A stretch of DNA of 64,000 nt from Flavobacteriales bacterium (GTDB taxonomy: Bacteria > Bacteroidota > Bacteroidia > Flavobacteriales_D > CAJJDF01), in assembly GCA_965657945.1 (NCBI GenBank), contig CBFHPW010000002.1, positions 99,818 through 163,817 on the forward strand, read 5' to 3'. Below are positions 8,827 to 18,919 of the stretch, piece by piece. A program made the position numbers and the translations under genes. Under the pieces are notes generated by a model. The model had not been told where the DNA came from. It ran no database searches and saw nothing but the letters and a program-made list of their open reading frames with translations. How positions within the stretch are numbered: position 1 is the first letter of the stretch; the number at the start of each line of letters is the position of its first letter.

Positions 8827-11238
8827 ATGTTTCGAACCCTTGTTTTTTTTATTTTTTTCCAAGTTTGGACTCTTCTGGTTTCAGGGCAAACTGTAACAGT
8901 TACGAACTATTCCACTTCGGAACCCATAGAGAACGTAAGAGTAACCAACAACGACCTCACGATCGAATTATTTACGGACAAGAAAGGAGAAGTTTCCCTC
9001 AATGATTTCAACCTAAAGGAATTGATTTATTTCTCTCACCCTTCTTTTGAATCCGTTACCTTGAGCTTTGCACAAGTAATAGAAAGCAACTACCAGGTAA
9101 TTCTTTTTGACGAAATATTACTGCCACAAATTGACATAAAACCTCCTCGAGAAAACACTCACGAAGATTTTTCTTCAGTAAGAATCAACAAAATCTCTCT
9201 TCAGGATATTCGCCTCACCATTCCTCAAACCTCGGCAGATATGCTCCAAAAAAACACAAATATTCTTGTACAAAAAAGCCAGTCTGGCGGTGGAAGTCCA
9301 ATAATTAGAGGGTTTGAAGCAAACAAAATCTTGCTGGTGGTAGATGGAGTGCGCATGAACAACGCCATATACAGAAGCGGTCATTTGCAAAACGCCATTA
9401 CGGTGGATGCAAATATCTTACAAAATGCGGATGTGTTTTATGGACCAGGATCGGTTATTTATGGGAGTGACGCATTGGGAGGTGTTATTCATTTTCATAC
9501 GAAAAACCCAGAATTTTCGGTTGATTCTACTCTATTTACTTCGGCAAATGCCATGGCCAGAATTGGTTCGGCCAACGGAGAACAAACCTACCACGCAGAT
9601 GTGAATATTGGAGGTCAAAAACTCGCTTCCCTTACTTCGGTTACGTTCAGCTCCTTTGAGGATTTCACAATGGGAAAAAATAGAAATCACGGCTATGAAG
9701 ATTTCGGAAAAATATACCAATTCACACAAGTTACCGAGATGGGAGATAAAGTAGTGACGAATACAGATAAAAATACAATGCCTCGGACTGGGTATTCTCA
9801 ATTGGACTTATTACAAAAACTAAATTACAAGGTAAAGAAAGGGGTAAATCTTGGGCTCAACTTGCAATATTCAACTTCGAGCGACATCAATCGATTTGAT
9901 AAACTGAATGAATACAGGAATGGAGCGCTTCGTTTTTCTGAGTGGTCCTACGGACCTCAACACAGATTGCTTACCTCGTTAAAACTGGAGAACAAAAACG
10001 AATCGAGATTTACTGACTACTATACAGTTATTGGTGCGTTTCAAAAAATAGACGAAGACAGAATATCAAGAAGTTTTGGCTCTACGAGTTTGTTTACAGA
10101 AATGGAAGATGTTTATGTGTATAGCATAAATGCTGACTTTCTCAAAAAACTCTCTACCAACGAAGTGTTGTATTATGGAGCGGAGGTTACCCACAACAAT
10201 GTAGTTTCTACGGCCACAGAAAAAAACCTATTAACCCAAGAATCGAACCCTACGCAAACAAGGTATCCTGGAGGAGAAAACAGAATTACTTCACTAGCTC
10301 TGTACACTACCATTGACAAAAAGATAACCAACAAGTTAATCGTTAATCTGGGTGCGCGTTACAGTCACTTTGTGAATTTTTCTGAGTTATCAGATTCCAC
10401 TTTTACAGAATTCCCATTTCGTACTATCGATTTTAATACGGGAGCTTTGTCCGGTAGTTTTAGTGTTAAATACGAGGAAAAAAGCGGTCTCAGGATTGAA
10501 TTGATTGGATCTTCTGGATTTAGAGCACCTAATGTAGATGACTACGGAAAGGTATTCGAAAGAAACGGAAACCTTGTTGTGCCAAACAACTATCTGAAAC
10601 CAGAATTTGTGTACACGGGAGAACTTAATCTTTCAAAAAAATGGGTGAAAAATGAACGAGAATACCTTCAAGTGAAAGCAGCAGGTTTCTTCACCTCATT
10701 AACCAATGCACTGGTGTTGACCAATTACACATTGAATGGAAACGACTCGGTTACATACAGAGGTGATCGCGTGAACTTAGTTTCAAATCAAAATGTGAAT
10801 GCTGCCATGATTTACGGAGGTTCTTTTGACGTAAGACTCGCTCTTACATCCTACCTTAAATTAATTGGAGCAATCAACTACACAGTAGGAAGAAATTTAA
10901 CTGACGACACTCCGTTGTCGCACATTCCTCCCGTTTTTGGAAGAGCTTCTCTTCACTACACCAGTAAGAAGTTACAAATTCAGCTCGCTACACAATTCAA
11001 TGGAACCAAAAGAATGGAGGATTACGGAACAGACGGAACAGATAATCCTGAGGAAGCTACCGTAGATGGAACGCCAGCTTGGAGTACATTTAATTTATAT
11101 GCCACTTACAAAATAACACCTAAATTTAGCGTTCAGGCAGGAATAGAAAACATCTTAGACACTCACTACAAACAGTTTGCATCAGGTGTAAGCGCATTGG
11201 GTAGAAATTTCACAATTGCCCTGAGAGGAAACTTCTAA
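8827..11238 (+). CDS. TonB-dependent outer-membrane receptor
   Basis: Signal peptide, carboxypeptidase-regulatory-like N-domain (VTVTNYSTSEPIENVRV), plug region (GGGSPIIRGFEANKILLVVDGVRMNNA), and a C-terminal barrel ending in F. Confidence 0.85.
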   Translation: MFRTLVFFIFFQVWTLLVSGQTVTVTNYSTSEPIENVRVTNNDLTIELFTDKKGEVSLNDFNLKELIYFSHPSFESVTLSFAQVIESNYQVILFDEILLPQIDIKPPRENTHEDFSSVRINKISLQDIRLTIPQTSADMLQKNTNILVQKSQSGGGSPIIRGFEANKILLVVDGVRMNNAIYRSGHLQNAITVDANILQNADVFYGPGSVIYGSDALGGVIHFHTKNPEFSVDSTLFTSANAMARIGSANGEQTYHADVNIGGQKLASLTSVTFSSFEDFTMGKNRNHGYEDFGKIYQFTQVTEMGDKVVTNTDKNTMPRTGYSQLDLLQKLNYKVKKGVNLGLNLQYSTSSDINRFDKLNEYRNGALRFSEWSYGPQHRLLTSLKLENKNESRFTDYYTVIGAFQKIDEDRISRSFGSTSLFTEMEDVYVYSINADFLKKLSTNEVLYYGAEVTHNNVVSTATEKNLLTQESNPTQTRYPGGENRITSLALYTTIDKKITNKLIVNLGARYSHFVNFSELSDSTFTEFPFRTIDFNTGALSGSFSVKYEEKSGLRIELIGSSGFRAPNVDDYGKVFERNGNLVVPNNYLKPEFVYTGELNLSKKWVKNEREYLQVKAAGFFTSLTNALVLTNYTLNGNDSVTYRGDRVNLVSNQNVNAAMIYGGSFDVRLALTSYLKLIGAINYTVGRNLTDDTPLSHIPPVFGRASLHYTSKKLQIQLATQFNGTKRMEDYGTDGTDNPEEATVDGTPAWSTFNLYATYKITPKFSVQAGIENILDTHYKQFASGVSALGRNFTIALRGNF

Positions 11239-11331
11239 TTGATTAGACCCAAATTTTTGAGTCATCTATTTTTAACTGTTAATAAGCTATTTTTGTATCT
11301 TTAGCCTTCCGCATAATGGAACTACCTCAGA

Positions 11332-12288
11332 ATGAGTAAAAGAGCAAAGTATAAATACGACCCCAACACGCTCCAATATCAAAAAATAGAACTTACCCTC
11401 AAGGGAATTCTGTTAAAAATATTGAAATACGTGGCGGTTGGAGTTTTCATTGCTGGACTCATTATTTTAGTGTCCTATCCTTTTATTCAAGACTACTCCA
11501 CCAGAAAAGCACAAAAGGAAATTGAATACCTCAAAGCAAATTACGAATTGCTTAATTCAGAGATGGATACGATGGTTTCGGTTTTAAAAAACCTTCAAGA
11601 AACGGACAATAATTTGTATCGAGTAATTTTTGAAGCAGAACCCTACAAAAACAAAGAATTAACCCGAAAAAACCTTGTAGAAAGGAGAACGCATCAAGAC
11701 TATGTAATTGCCTTGAAGGAGCGGATCAATTCAATTTCGACCAGTATTGTCGGTCAATCCAACTCATTTGACGAATTAATTAAACTAGCTCTTAACAAAG
11801 AAAAAATGTTACAATCGGTTCCTTCGATAATACCGATTGGCGACAAAGAACTCACGCGGCTATCTTCTACTTTTGGTATCCGAAATGACCCAATTTACAA
11901 CGTTCCAAAAATGCACTCCGGACTGGATTTTACAGCCCCCACAGGATCCAAGATTTATGCTACGGGTGATGGAATAATAGAAACGATGGAGTATAGCACA
12001 GGAGGGTACGGAAACCATATCGTAATTGACCATGGTTTTGGGTATAAATCTCACTACGCCCATTTAAGTAAATTCGAAACAAAACGAAATCGAAAAGTGA
12101 AAAGAGGAGAGCTCATCGGTCGAGTAGGAAGCACAGGAAAATCAACGGCTCCCCACCTGCATTACGAAGTCATAAAAAACGGAAACAAAATTGACCCGAT
12201 CAACTTCTTTTTTACTGATATTACCCCTGAACAATATTCACAATTAATAGAAAAAGCCAAAAATATGGGTGGCTCTTCTTTAGATTAA
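11332..12288 (+). CDS. M23-family metallopeptidase (membrane-anchored)
   Basis: N-terminal TM segment and a coiled region. M23 motifs HSGLDFTAP and HLHYEV. Confidence 0.85.
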   Translation: MSKRAKYKYDPNTLQYQKIELTLKGILLKILKYVAVGVFIAGLIILVSYPFIQDYSTRKAQKEIEYLKANYELLNSEMDTMVSVLKNLQETDNNLYRVIFEAEPYKNKELTRKNLVERRTHQDYVIALKERINSISTSIVGQSNSFDELIKLALNKEKMLQSVPSIIPIGDKELTRLSSTFGIRNDPIYNVPKMHSGLDFTAPTGSKIYATGDGIIETMEYSTGGYGNHIVIDHGFGYKSHYAHLSKFETKRNRKVKRGELIGRVGSTGKSTAPHLHYEVIKNGNKIDPINFFFTDITPEQYSQLIEKAKNMGGSSLD

Positions 12289-12297
12289 GAAACAACA

Positions 12298-12633
12298 ATG
12301 GAACCAATCAAACTAAATGATGAAAAAATCTTTTACTCCATTGGAGAAGTGGCAAAAATGTTTAATGTAAATGCTTCCCTCATTCGATTTTGGGAAAAAG
12401 AATTCAAACAAATTGCTCCAAAAAAAACAGAGAGTGGCAAGCGAAAATTTACACAAAAAGACATTCGAATAGTTGAAAAAATATATGATTTAGTGAAAGA
12501 AAAAGGATTCACTTTAGCCGGAGCGAAAGAAGAATTGAAAGCCTCAAAAAAAAATAACTCCAAAATATCACAAATCGAGTTGAAACTCACTCAGATTAAA
12601 ACTACTTTAGTGGAACTTTTAAAAGAGCATTAA
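12298..12633 (+). CDS. MerR-family transcriptional regulator (small)
   Basis: N-terminal MerR helix-turn-helix YSIGEVAKMFNVNASLIRFWEKEF. Confidence 0.75.
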   Translation: MEPIKLNDEKIFYSIGEVAKMFNVNASLIRFWEKEFKQIAPKKTESGKRKFTQKDIRIVEKIYDLVKEKGFTLAGAKEELKASKKNNSKISQIELKLTQIKTTLVELLKEH

Positions 12634-12661
12634 GCCAAAAAAAAGTCAATAACCCAAATAA

Positions 12662-13084
12662 ATGAAAGAAGTGACAATTATAAGGAGAGAGCGCTTTTGC
12701 TCTGCTCACAAACTATGGAACCCTGATTGGGATGCAAAAAAAAACGAAGAGACTTTTGGCGGCTGTTCCAATCCAAATTGGCATGGACACAATTATGAAT
12801 TAATTGTAAAAGTAGCTGGAGAAATTGAGCCAGAGACAGGGTTCGTAATGAACCTAAAAACTTTATCGAAAATATTGAAACACAAAGTCATCAATAAGCT
12901 AGACCACAAAAACCTAAATATGGATGTGGACTTCCTAAAAGATAAAAGAACCACTACCGAAGTTGTTGCTGTGGCGATTTGGGAAGAAATTGAACAAGAA
13001 ATAAAAGAAAAAGGAGGTAAATTAATAAGCGTGCGAGTAAACGAAACTGAAAACAACTCAGTAGAGTACTTTGGCGAAAAATAA
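12662..13084 (+). CDS. queD: 6-carboxy-5,6,7,8-tetrahydropterin synthase / 6-pyruvoyl-tetrahydropterin synthase family
   Basis: FCSAHKL...[11 protein letters not shown] motif. 140 aa. Confidence 0.85.
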   Translation: MKEVTIIRRERFCSAHKLWNPDWDAKKNEETFGGCSNPNWHGHNYELIVKVAGEIEPETGFVMNLKTLSKILKHKVINKLDHKNLNMDVDFLKDKRTTTEVVAVAIWEEIEQEIKEKGGKLISVRVNETENNSVEYFGEK

Positions 13085-13088
13085 GAAA

Positions 13089-13685
13089 ATGGGATACAAA
13101 AAAACAGAAGAATACGACCAAGAGAAAACAGAAAAGATGTCTAGTTTTTACCAAGAAATCTTAAAAGATTTAGGTGAAAATCCTGAGCGCGAGGGATTAC
13201 TAAAAACACCAGAAAGAGTAGCAAAAGCATTGCAATTTTTGACTCATGGATACGACATTGACCCAAGCGAGATTATTAAATCCGCCATGTTTAATGAAGA
13301 CTACAGCCAGATGGTACTAGTAAAAGACATTGAAGTGTATTCTATGTGTGAGCATCACATGCTTCCATTTTTTGGAAAAGCACATATTGCCTACATCCCA
13401 AATGGAAAAATTGTGGGATTGAGCAAGCTGCCGAGAGTAGTGGATGCATTTGCGAGAAGATTGCAAGTACAAGAAAGGTTAACGAACGAAATAAGAGATT
13501 GTATTCATGAAACCTTACAACCCCTGGGAGTTGCTGTGGTGATAGAAGCAAGTCACATGTGTATGCAAATGAGAGGAGTTGAAAAACAAAACTCTGTCAC
13601 AACTACTTCTGCTTTTACTGGACAATTTACTGACAAAACAACTAGGCAAGAATTCATAAAATTAGTATCTTCGAAACTACATTAA
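13089..13685 (+). CDS. folE: GTP cyclohydrolase I
   Basis: [22 protein letters not shown] and HMCMQMRGV signatures. I prefer the ATG at 13089 (MGYKK) over the TTG at 13071, which overlaps queD. Confidence 0.93.
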   Translation: MGYKKTEEYDQEKTEKMSSFYQEILKDLGENPEREGLLKTPERVAKALQFLTHGYDIDPSEIIKSAMFNEDYSQMVLVKDIEVYSMCEHHMLPFFGKAHIAYIPNGKIVGLSKLPRVVDAFARRLQVQERLTNEIRDCIHETLQPLGVAVVIEASHMCMQMRGVEKQNSVTTTSAFTGQFTDKTTRQEFIKLVSSKLH

Positions 13686-13701
13686 GTAAATTTTAAAGAC
13701 A

Positions 13702-14430
13702 ATGGAAGAAAGAAATCAATTCAACTCGATTCTTGATGCAGTGGCACAAGAAAAAACAATGGCAAAATCTTTCATGGCGAACGTATTTTCGTACATGTTT
13801 CTTGGGTTAATGCTCACTGGTTTTATCTCGTGGTATTTTGCCGATTCGGGAATGATATTTACTTACCTAATTGATAGGCAAACAGGAAGCCCTACCGCAC
13901 TCTATTACATAGCAGCCTTTGCTCCTCTTGGATTTGTTCTTATTATGGGAATGGGATACAAACGACTGAGCGCTTCGGCAATGCTTGTGTTGTTCCTTGC
14001 CTTTGCTACACTCATGGGAGTTAGTTTAAGCACAATCTTCGTTACGTATAGCATGGGCGATGTTTCTACCGCTTTTTTCTCTGCGTCTTCGGTTTTTGCA
14101 GTAATGGCTGTGGTTGGGTACACCACCACTACTGACCTAACTAAACTAGGAAACATTTTGTACATGGGACTTATTGCTATTCTTATCGCCATGGTCATCA
14201 ACTTCTTTATGCAAAGTAGCATGATGAGTTACGTAATCAGTGTAATTGGAGTCATTATCTTTACCGGACTTACCGCTTATGATGTACAAAAACTAAAGCG
14301 TATTGGAGAAGGTGCTGAAATTGGAACCGCCTCTACAAGAAAAAGAGCCATTTATGGAGCGCTTGACTTATACTTGGACTTTATCAATCTATTTTTATTC
14401 TTACTCAGATTAATTGGAGGAAGAGACTAA
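13702..14430 (+). CDS. Bax-inhibitor-1/YccA-family membrane protein
   Basis: About seven TM helices. The length and the C-terminal ...YLDFINLFLFLLRLIG pattern are typical of the BI-1 family. Confidence 0.8.
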   Translation: MEERNQFNSILDAVAQEKTMAKSFMANVFSYMFLGLMLTGFISWYFADSGMIFTYLIDRQTGSPTALYYIAAFAPLGFVLIMGMGYKRLSASAMLVLFLAFATLMGVSLSTIFVTYSMGDVSTAFFSASSVFAVMAVVGYTTTTDLTKLGNILYMGLIAILIAMVINFFMQSSMMSYVISVIGVIIFTGLTAYDVQKLKRIGEGAEIGTASTRKRAIYGALDLYLDFINLFLFLLRLIGGRD

Positions 14431-14482
14431 AATAAATTTGTCACAACTACGAGTTTCATTACTTTTACAAAAAAAATAACAC

Positions 14483-14578
14483 ATGTCAGATAATTATTTT
14501 CACGAAAACTCAGGAATCATAGGATACGTATACACTGCTGTAGCAATTTTGGTTGTGGGATATTTGATTTTCTTCTAG
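14483..14578 (+). CDS. Possible 31-aa single-TM micro-protein (absent from the ORF track)
   Basis: The ATG at 14483 reads MSDNYFHENSGIIGYVYTAVAILVVGYLIFF* with one hydrophobic helix. It lies in the gap between the BI-1 and GH3 genes. No other support. Confidence 0.25.
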   Translation: MSDNYFHENSGIIGYVYTAVAILVVGYLIFF

Positions 14579-14637
14579 GTCTTCATTTGACTAATTAATT
14601 GAGGAGTTTTTTTTGTGACTCCTACATCACATTCTGT

Positions 14638-16131
14638 ATGCCATTCGACACTATTTTTTCTTGGATAATTAAGAAAAGAATAGAACAAATAGAGCAGTTC
14701 ACTAACCATCCTATTGAGGCTCAAAAATCAGTATTGCACGATCTTTTGGGCAAAGCGAAACACACTGAAATAGGAATTGAATACGGGTTTCCCGATATTG
14801 GAACCTACCATGATTTTAAGAAAAATGTACCACTTCGCACCTACGAAGATTTCACCCCTTACATCAATAAATCAATTGCAGGAGAAGAAAATATCTTGTG
14901 GCCTGGAAAAACACACTGGTTTTCGAAATCATCGGGCACCACAGATGCCAAAAGTAAATTCATTCCTGTAACTCAAGAAGCAATTCAGGATTGCCATTAC
15001 AAAGGTGGCAAAGATCTGCTGAGCATCTATTACCACAACAATCCTTCGGCAAAACTATTTTCTGGAAAACACCTTATTTTAGGTGGAAACACTTCACTCA
15101 ATAAATTAAATCAAGACAGTTATTTTGGCGATTTATCTGCTATTATAGTAAAAAACCTACCCTTTTGGGCCGAAATAAGAAGAACACCTAGTAAAGAGAT
15201 TACTTTGATGGAAAATTGGGAAGAGAAGATTGATAAAATGGCCAAAGCTTCGCTTAAAGAAGACGTAAAGATAATTGCTGGCGTGCCTTCCTGGATGTTA
15301 GTGTTATTGAACAAAATCAGCGAAGTTTCGCAAGGCAAAAGGCTCACCGAAATATGGCCGAATCTAGAATTGTACATGCACGGAGGTGTAAACTTTGAGC
15401 CCTACCGCAATCAGTTCGAATCCATCCTTCATTCCCAAAAACTCAATTATTACCAAACCTACAACGCATCCGAAGGTTTTTTCTCGCTTCAGAATACAAA
15501 CAAAGCAGAAGATATGCTGCTCATGTTAGACTACGGTATTTTTTACGAATTTATTCCGATGGATAAATTCGATGGCACAGAGTCAGAAACTATTGAATTG
15601 CAAGAAGTAGAATTGAATAAAAATTACGCACTCGTTATCAGTACCAATGGAGGACTGTGGAGGTATATCGTAGGAGATACCGTAAAGTTTACTTCGCTTT
15701 CACCTTTCAAAATACAAGTAACAGGCCGAACCAAGCACTTTATTAATGCCTTTGGCGAAGAACTAATTATCGAAAATACAGATAGAGCGATTGCCAGTGC
15801 TTGCAAAGAAACCAACAGTGGATTCAAAGAATATACGGTTGCACCAAACTATCTAGAAGGCAAGGAAAAAGGAGCCCACGAATGGGTGATCGAATTCACT
15901 TCACCGCCAAAAAATCTCGAGGTATTTGCCGAAATTTTAGACAAGAAGTTAATGGAGCTAAATTCGGATTATGAAGCCAAAAGAAACATGATTTTGAAAG
16001 CGCCAATTGTTCATTTGGCAGCACCCAATACTTTTCAAAAATGGCTCAAAGAAAAAGGAAAACTGGGTGGACAAAATAAAATACCTCGACTAAAGAATGA
16101 CCGAGTCTTTATGGAAGAAATACTCTCCTAA
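14638..16131 (+). CDS. GH3-family (auxin-responsive-promoter-like) adenylating enzyme
   Basis: SSGTTDAKSKFIP acyl-adenylate motif and YNASEGFF. The length fits bacterial GH3 proteins. I prefer the ATG at 14638 (MPFDTIF) over the track start at 14599. Confidence 0.8.
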   Translation: MPFDTIFSWIIKKRIEQIEQFTNHPIEAQKSVLHDLLGKAKHTEIGIEYGFPDIGTYHDFKKNVPLRTYEDFTPYINKSIAGEENILWPGKTHWFSKSSGTTDAKSKFIPVTQEAIQDCHYKGGKDLLSIYYHNNPSAKLFSGKHLILGGNTSLNKLNQDSYFGDLSAIIVKNLPFWAEIRRTPSKEITLMENWEEKIDKMAKASLKEDVKIIAGVPSWMLVLLNKISEVSQGKRLTEIWPNLELYMHGGVNFEPYRNQFESILHSQKLNYYQTYNASEGFFSLQNTNKAEDMLLMLDYGIFYEFIPMDKFDGTESETIELQEVELNKNYALVISTNGGLWRYIVGDTVKFTSLSPFKIQVTGRTKHFINAFGEELIIENTDRAIASACKETNSGFKEYTVAPNYLEGKEKGAHEWVIEFTSPPKNLEVFAEILDKKLMELNSDYEAKRNMILKAPIVHLAAPNTFQKWLKEKGKLGGQNKIPRLKNDRVFMEEILS

Positions 16132-16336
16132 GAATACGATCACATTTCATTGGTTTTTACAATCAATTAAGACGAGTAGGTAACAATCCTATTCCCAAAA
16201 AATAACGGGAAAAATTGTACAATTTGGTTAGTCAATAGTTAAAACGTGCATCTAAAGCAAAATAAACCACCCTAACTCAATAGCATTTCACATTTTTTGT
16301 ATGTTCTGTTTTAAGTCCTTTATTAAAACAAACAAG

Positions 16337-17299
16337 ATGAAAAATTTAACGTATTTATTCCTGCCCCTTTTTATCGCCCTACAGGTAAGCGCCCAACAAA
16401 ATGACATGTGGATCAAGACTCCATTTCTTGGAGGAAATTCAACTTTCCCTCCTACCTACCAAAGAGCTTCTTTTGAACTCGATTTTTCAAACTATGCCAA
16501 CAACACGTATTTCAACCATAGCCGTCCGTTACTCAGAATTTCTGAAATTAAAGAACTAGGAAGCGGTGTTTTATCTCCTCCAAAAAGAGACGTGTTGCTT
16601 TTCATGACTTCAACGGGTCGTTTTGGATTATCAACTCCCTCACCAAATTCCCTGTTTCATTTGCACAAAACTGGAAGTAAAAAAGGGTTGTTTACGCTTT
16701 CTTTCACCTCGGCAACTGGAGCTCAAATAAACTCGAGCGAACTGGGAATCAACTCAACCAACCAAAGTTATTGGCTCGCAGGAGCTACTGCAATTGGCGG
16801 TAACAAGTCCTTGTTCAGTCCCGGATTTACTACGGCTAGTAAAATTGAATTTGACAACGAAGGCATTTCTTTCTTTTCCTGCGCAAAACAAGGAACTTCC
16901 CCCATCATTTCTTCTACAAACTGGAAAAAAGGAATGACCATTGACAAACTGGGCAGAGTGAGAATTGGAACACAATCCTTACTAGGAGGCTCGCACAAGG
17001 ACTTCAAATTATCAGTAGATGGGAAAATAGTAGCAAAAAAAATCATTGTGACAAACGGACCTGAATGGGCCGACTATGTTTTTGCTCCTGATTACTTTTT
17101 AATGCCTCTCTCTGATTTAAAATTATTCATTGATAAAAATCATCACCTACCAAATGTCCCCAGCGCTGTTGAAATTGCTGAAGATGGCGTGGATGTATTT
17201 GAAATGAATAACCTGTTGTTAGAAAAAATAGAAGAAATGACATTGCATCTAATTCAAATGGAAGAAAGAGTGAAAGTCTTAGAAAATAGAGAAGATTGA
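16337..17299 (+). CDS. Secreted hypothetical protein with a tail-fibre-like C-terminal module
   Basis: Signal peptide MKNLTYLFLPLFIALQVSAQ, using the ATG at 16337. The C-terminus VDGKIVAKKIIVTNGPEWADYVFAPDYFLMPLSDLKLFIDKNHHLPNVPSAVEIAEDG...LLLEKIEEMTLHLIQ matches, from memory, a module found on Bacteroidota proteins often annotated as tail-fibre-domain proteins. Confidence 0.7.
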   Translation: MKNLTYLFLPLFIALQVSAQQNDMWIKTPFLGGNSTFPPTYQRASFELDFSNYANNTYFNHSRPLLRISEIKELGSGVLSPPKRDVLLFMTSTGRFGLSTPSPNSLFHLHKTGSKKGLFTLSFTSATGAQINSSELGINSTNQSYWLAGATAIGGNKSLFSPGFTTASKIEFDNEGISFFSCAKQGTSPIISSTNWKKGMTIDKLGRVRIGTQSLLGGSHKDFKLSVDGKIVAKKIIVTNGPEWADYVFAPDYFLMPLSDLKLFIDKNHHLPNVPSAVEIAEDGVDVFEMNNLLLEKIEEMTLHLIQMEERVKVLENRED

Positions 17300-17335
17300 A
17301 AACCATTTTTCATTAATTGCCAAAAAAAATAAGGT

Positions 17336-18121
17336 ATGAAAAAAATACTTACCACCTGCCTAGCTGTCCTACTGTTGTTTGCTTGCAAAAAAGAACCCAA
17401 AGAAGAACCAAACCCGTGTTGCGGAGAAACTCCCGTAAAAGCCGATTTTGGCATGATGAATGGAACTTCTTTAACCCTGCGTTTTGTCGGATTTTATCCC
17501 GATGTAGCCTTTGCAAGAGAATTCATTACGTTCAAGGCAATTCCCGAAGACCCCGAAGCTTCCTACACCTGGTACCTGGGAAGCGAAGTGATTACGGGCT
17601 CAACCTTTCAACGAGATTTTAGCCCCACCAAAACAACTGGCGAAAACAACATTCCTATTACTATGGTGATAAGAAAAACACCCAACAAAGAATGCTTTCC
17701 TAATGACGAGGGTTATGATTCCATTACCAAAACCATCACCCTAGTAGATGATTATTGTGAGTACTTAACCAATGGAGATTTTAAAGTGCTTTTTACTGGT
17801 GCAGCCGATAGTTCTATTGTACGTATAAGAAATTGGGATTATAGGTTTATCGGAGATTATACCCCTGATTGTGAAGAAGGTCATATAGGCATTGGTTTTG
17901 ATTTCAAAAATCCATTAGATACAAATTGGGCTACAAATAATAGTGGCACTCAATTTTATTCAAGTATTATTTTCGATAAATTTTCAACAACAAAAGGTGA
18001 TTGGTTTAATGGTTATTTTAAAGTAAATCCGTCAACCTTAAAAGTAAGTGCTGAATACAATATATACAGGTTTAATGGACCAAGTGATAGGTATTCATTT
18101 AAAGGAAGAAAAATAAACTAA
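17336..18121 (+). CDS. Lipoprotein, paralogue A of a tandem triplet (unknown function)
   Basis: Lipobox LLLFAC with Cys17, then KKEPKEEPNPCCGE. About 165 aa are near-identical to B and C. The C-terminal third is variable and ends in the conserved YSFKGRKIN. Confidence 0.85.
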   Translation: MKKILTTCLAVLLLFACKKEPKEEPNPCCGETPVKADFGMMNGTSLTLRFVGFYPDVAFAREFITFKAIPEDPEASYTWYLGSEVITGSTFQRDFSPTKTTGENNIPITMVIRKTPNKECFPNDEGYDSITKTITLVDDYCEYLTNGDFKVLFTGAADSSIVRIRNWDYRFIGDYTPDCEEGHIGIGFDFKNPLDTNWATNNSGTQFYSSIIFDKFSTTKGDWFNGYFKVNPSTLKVSAEYNIYRFNGPSDRYSFKGRKIN

Positions 18122-18127
18122 AAAATT

Positions 18128-18913
18128 ATGAAAAACCTACTTACCACCTGCCTAGCTATCCTTCTGTTGTTTGCTTGCAAAAAAGAACCCAAAGAAGAAC
18201 CAAACCCGTGCTGTGGAGAAACTCCCGTAAAAGCCGATTTTGGCATGATGAATGGAACTTCTCACACCATAAGGTGGTTTGGTTTTCATCCCGATGTAGC
18301 CTTTGGAAGAAAATTTATTACGTTCAAGGCAATTCCCGAAGACCCCGAAGCTACCTACACTTGGTACCTGGGAAGCGAAGTGATAACAGGCTCAACCTTT
18401 CAACGAGATTTTAGCCCAACTAAAACAACTGGCGAAAACAACATTCCTATTACTATGGTGATAAGAAAAACACCCAACAAAGAATGCTTTCCTAATGACC
18501 AGGGTTATGATTCCATTACCAAAACCATCACCCTAGTAGATGATTACTGCGACTATTTAACCAATGGGGATTTTAAAGTGCTTTTTGCTGGTGCAGCCGA
18601 TAGTTCAATCGTTCGTATAAGAAATTGGGATTATAGGTTTATCGGAGATTATACGCCTGATTGTGAAGAAGGTCATATAGGCATTGGTTTTGATTTCAAA
18701 AATCAATTAGATACAAATTGGGGGACAGCTTCTAGTGGCACTCAATTTTATTCAAGTATAAGATTTAAAGAAATTTCAACAACAAATGGTGATTGGTCTA
18801 ACGGTTTCTTTAAAGTTAATCCCAACACATTGGCTGTGGAAGCAGAATACGATATATTTAGAAGTCGAGGAACTCATGATACGTATAGCTTTAAAGGAAG
18901 AAAAATAAATTAA
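18128..18913 (+). CDS. Lipoprotein, paralogue B of a tandem triplet
   Basis: Starts exactly 792 nt after A, with the same lipobox. Its C-terminal region is related to A. Confidence 0.85.
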   Translation: MKNLLTTCLAILLLFACKKEPKEEPNPCCGETPVKADFGMMNGTSHTIRWFGFHPDVAFGRKFITFKAIPEDPEATYTWYLGSEVITGSTFQRDFSPTKTTGENNIPITMVIRKTPNKECFPNDQGYDSITKTITLVDDYCDYLTNGDFKVLFAGAADSSIVRIRNWDYRFIGDYTPDCEEGHIGIGFDFKNQLDTNWGTASSGTQFYSSIRFKEISTTNGDWSNGFFKVNPNTLAVEAEYDIFRSRGTHDTYSFKGRKIN

Positions 18914-18919
18914 AAAATT

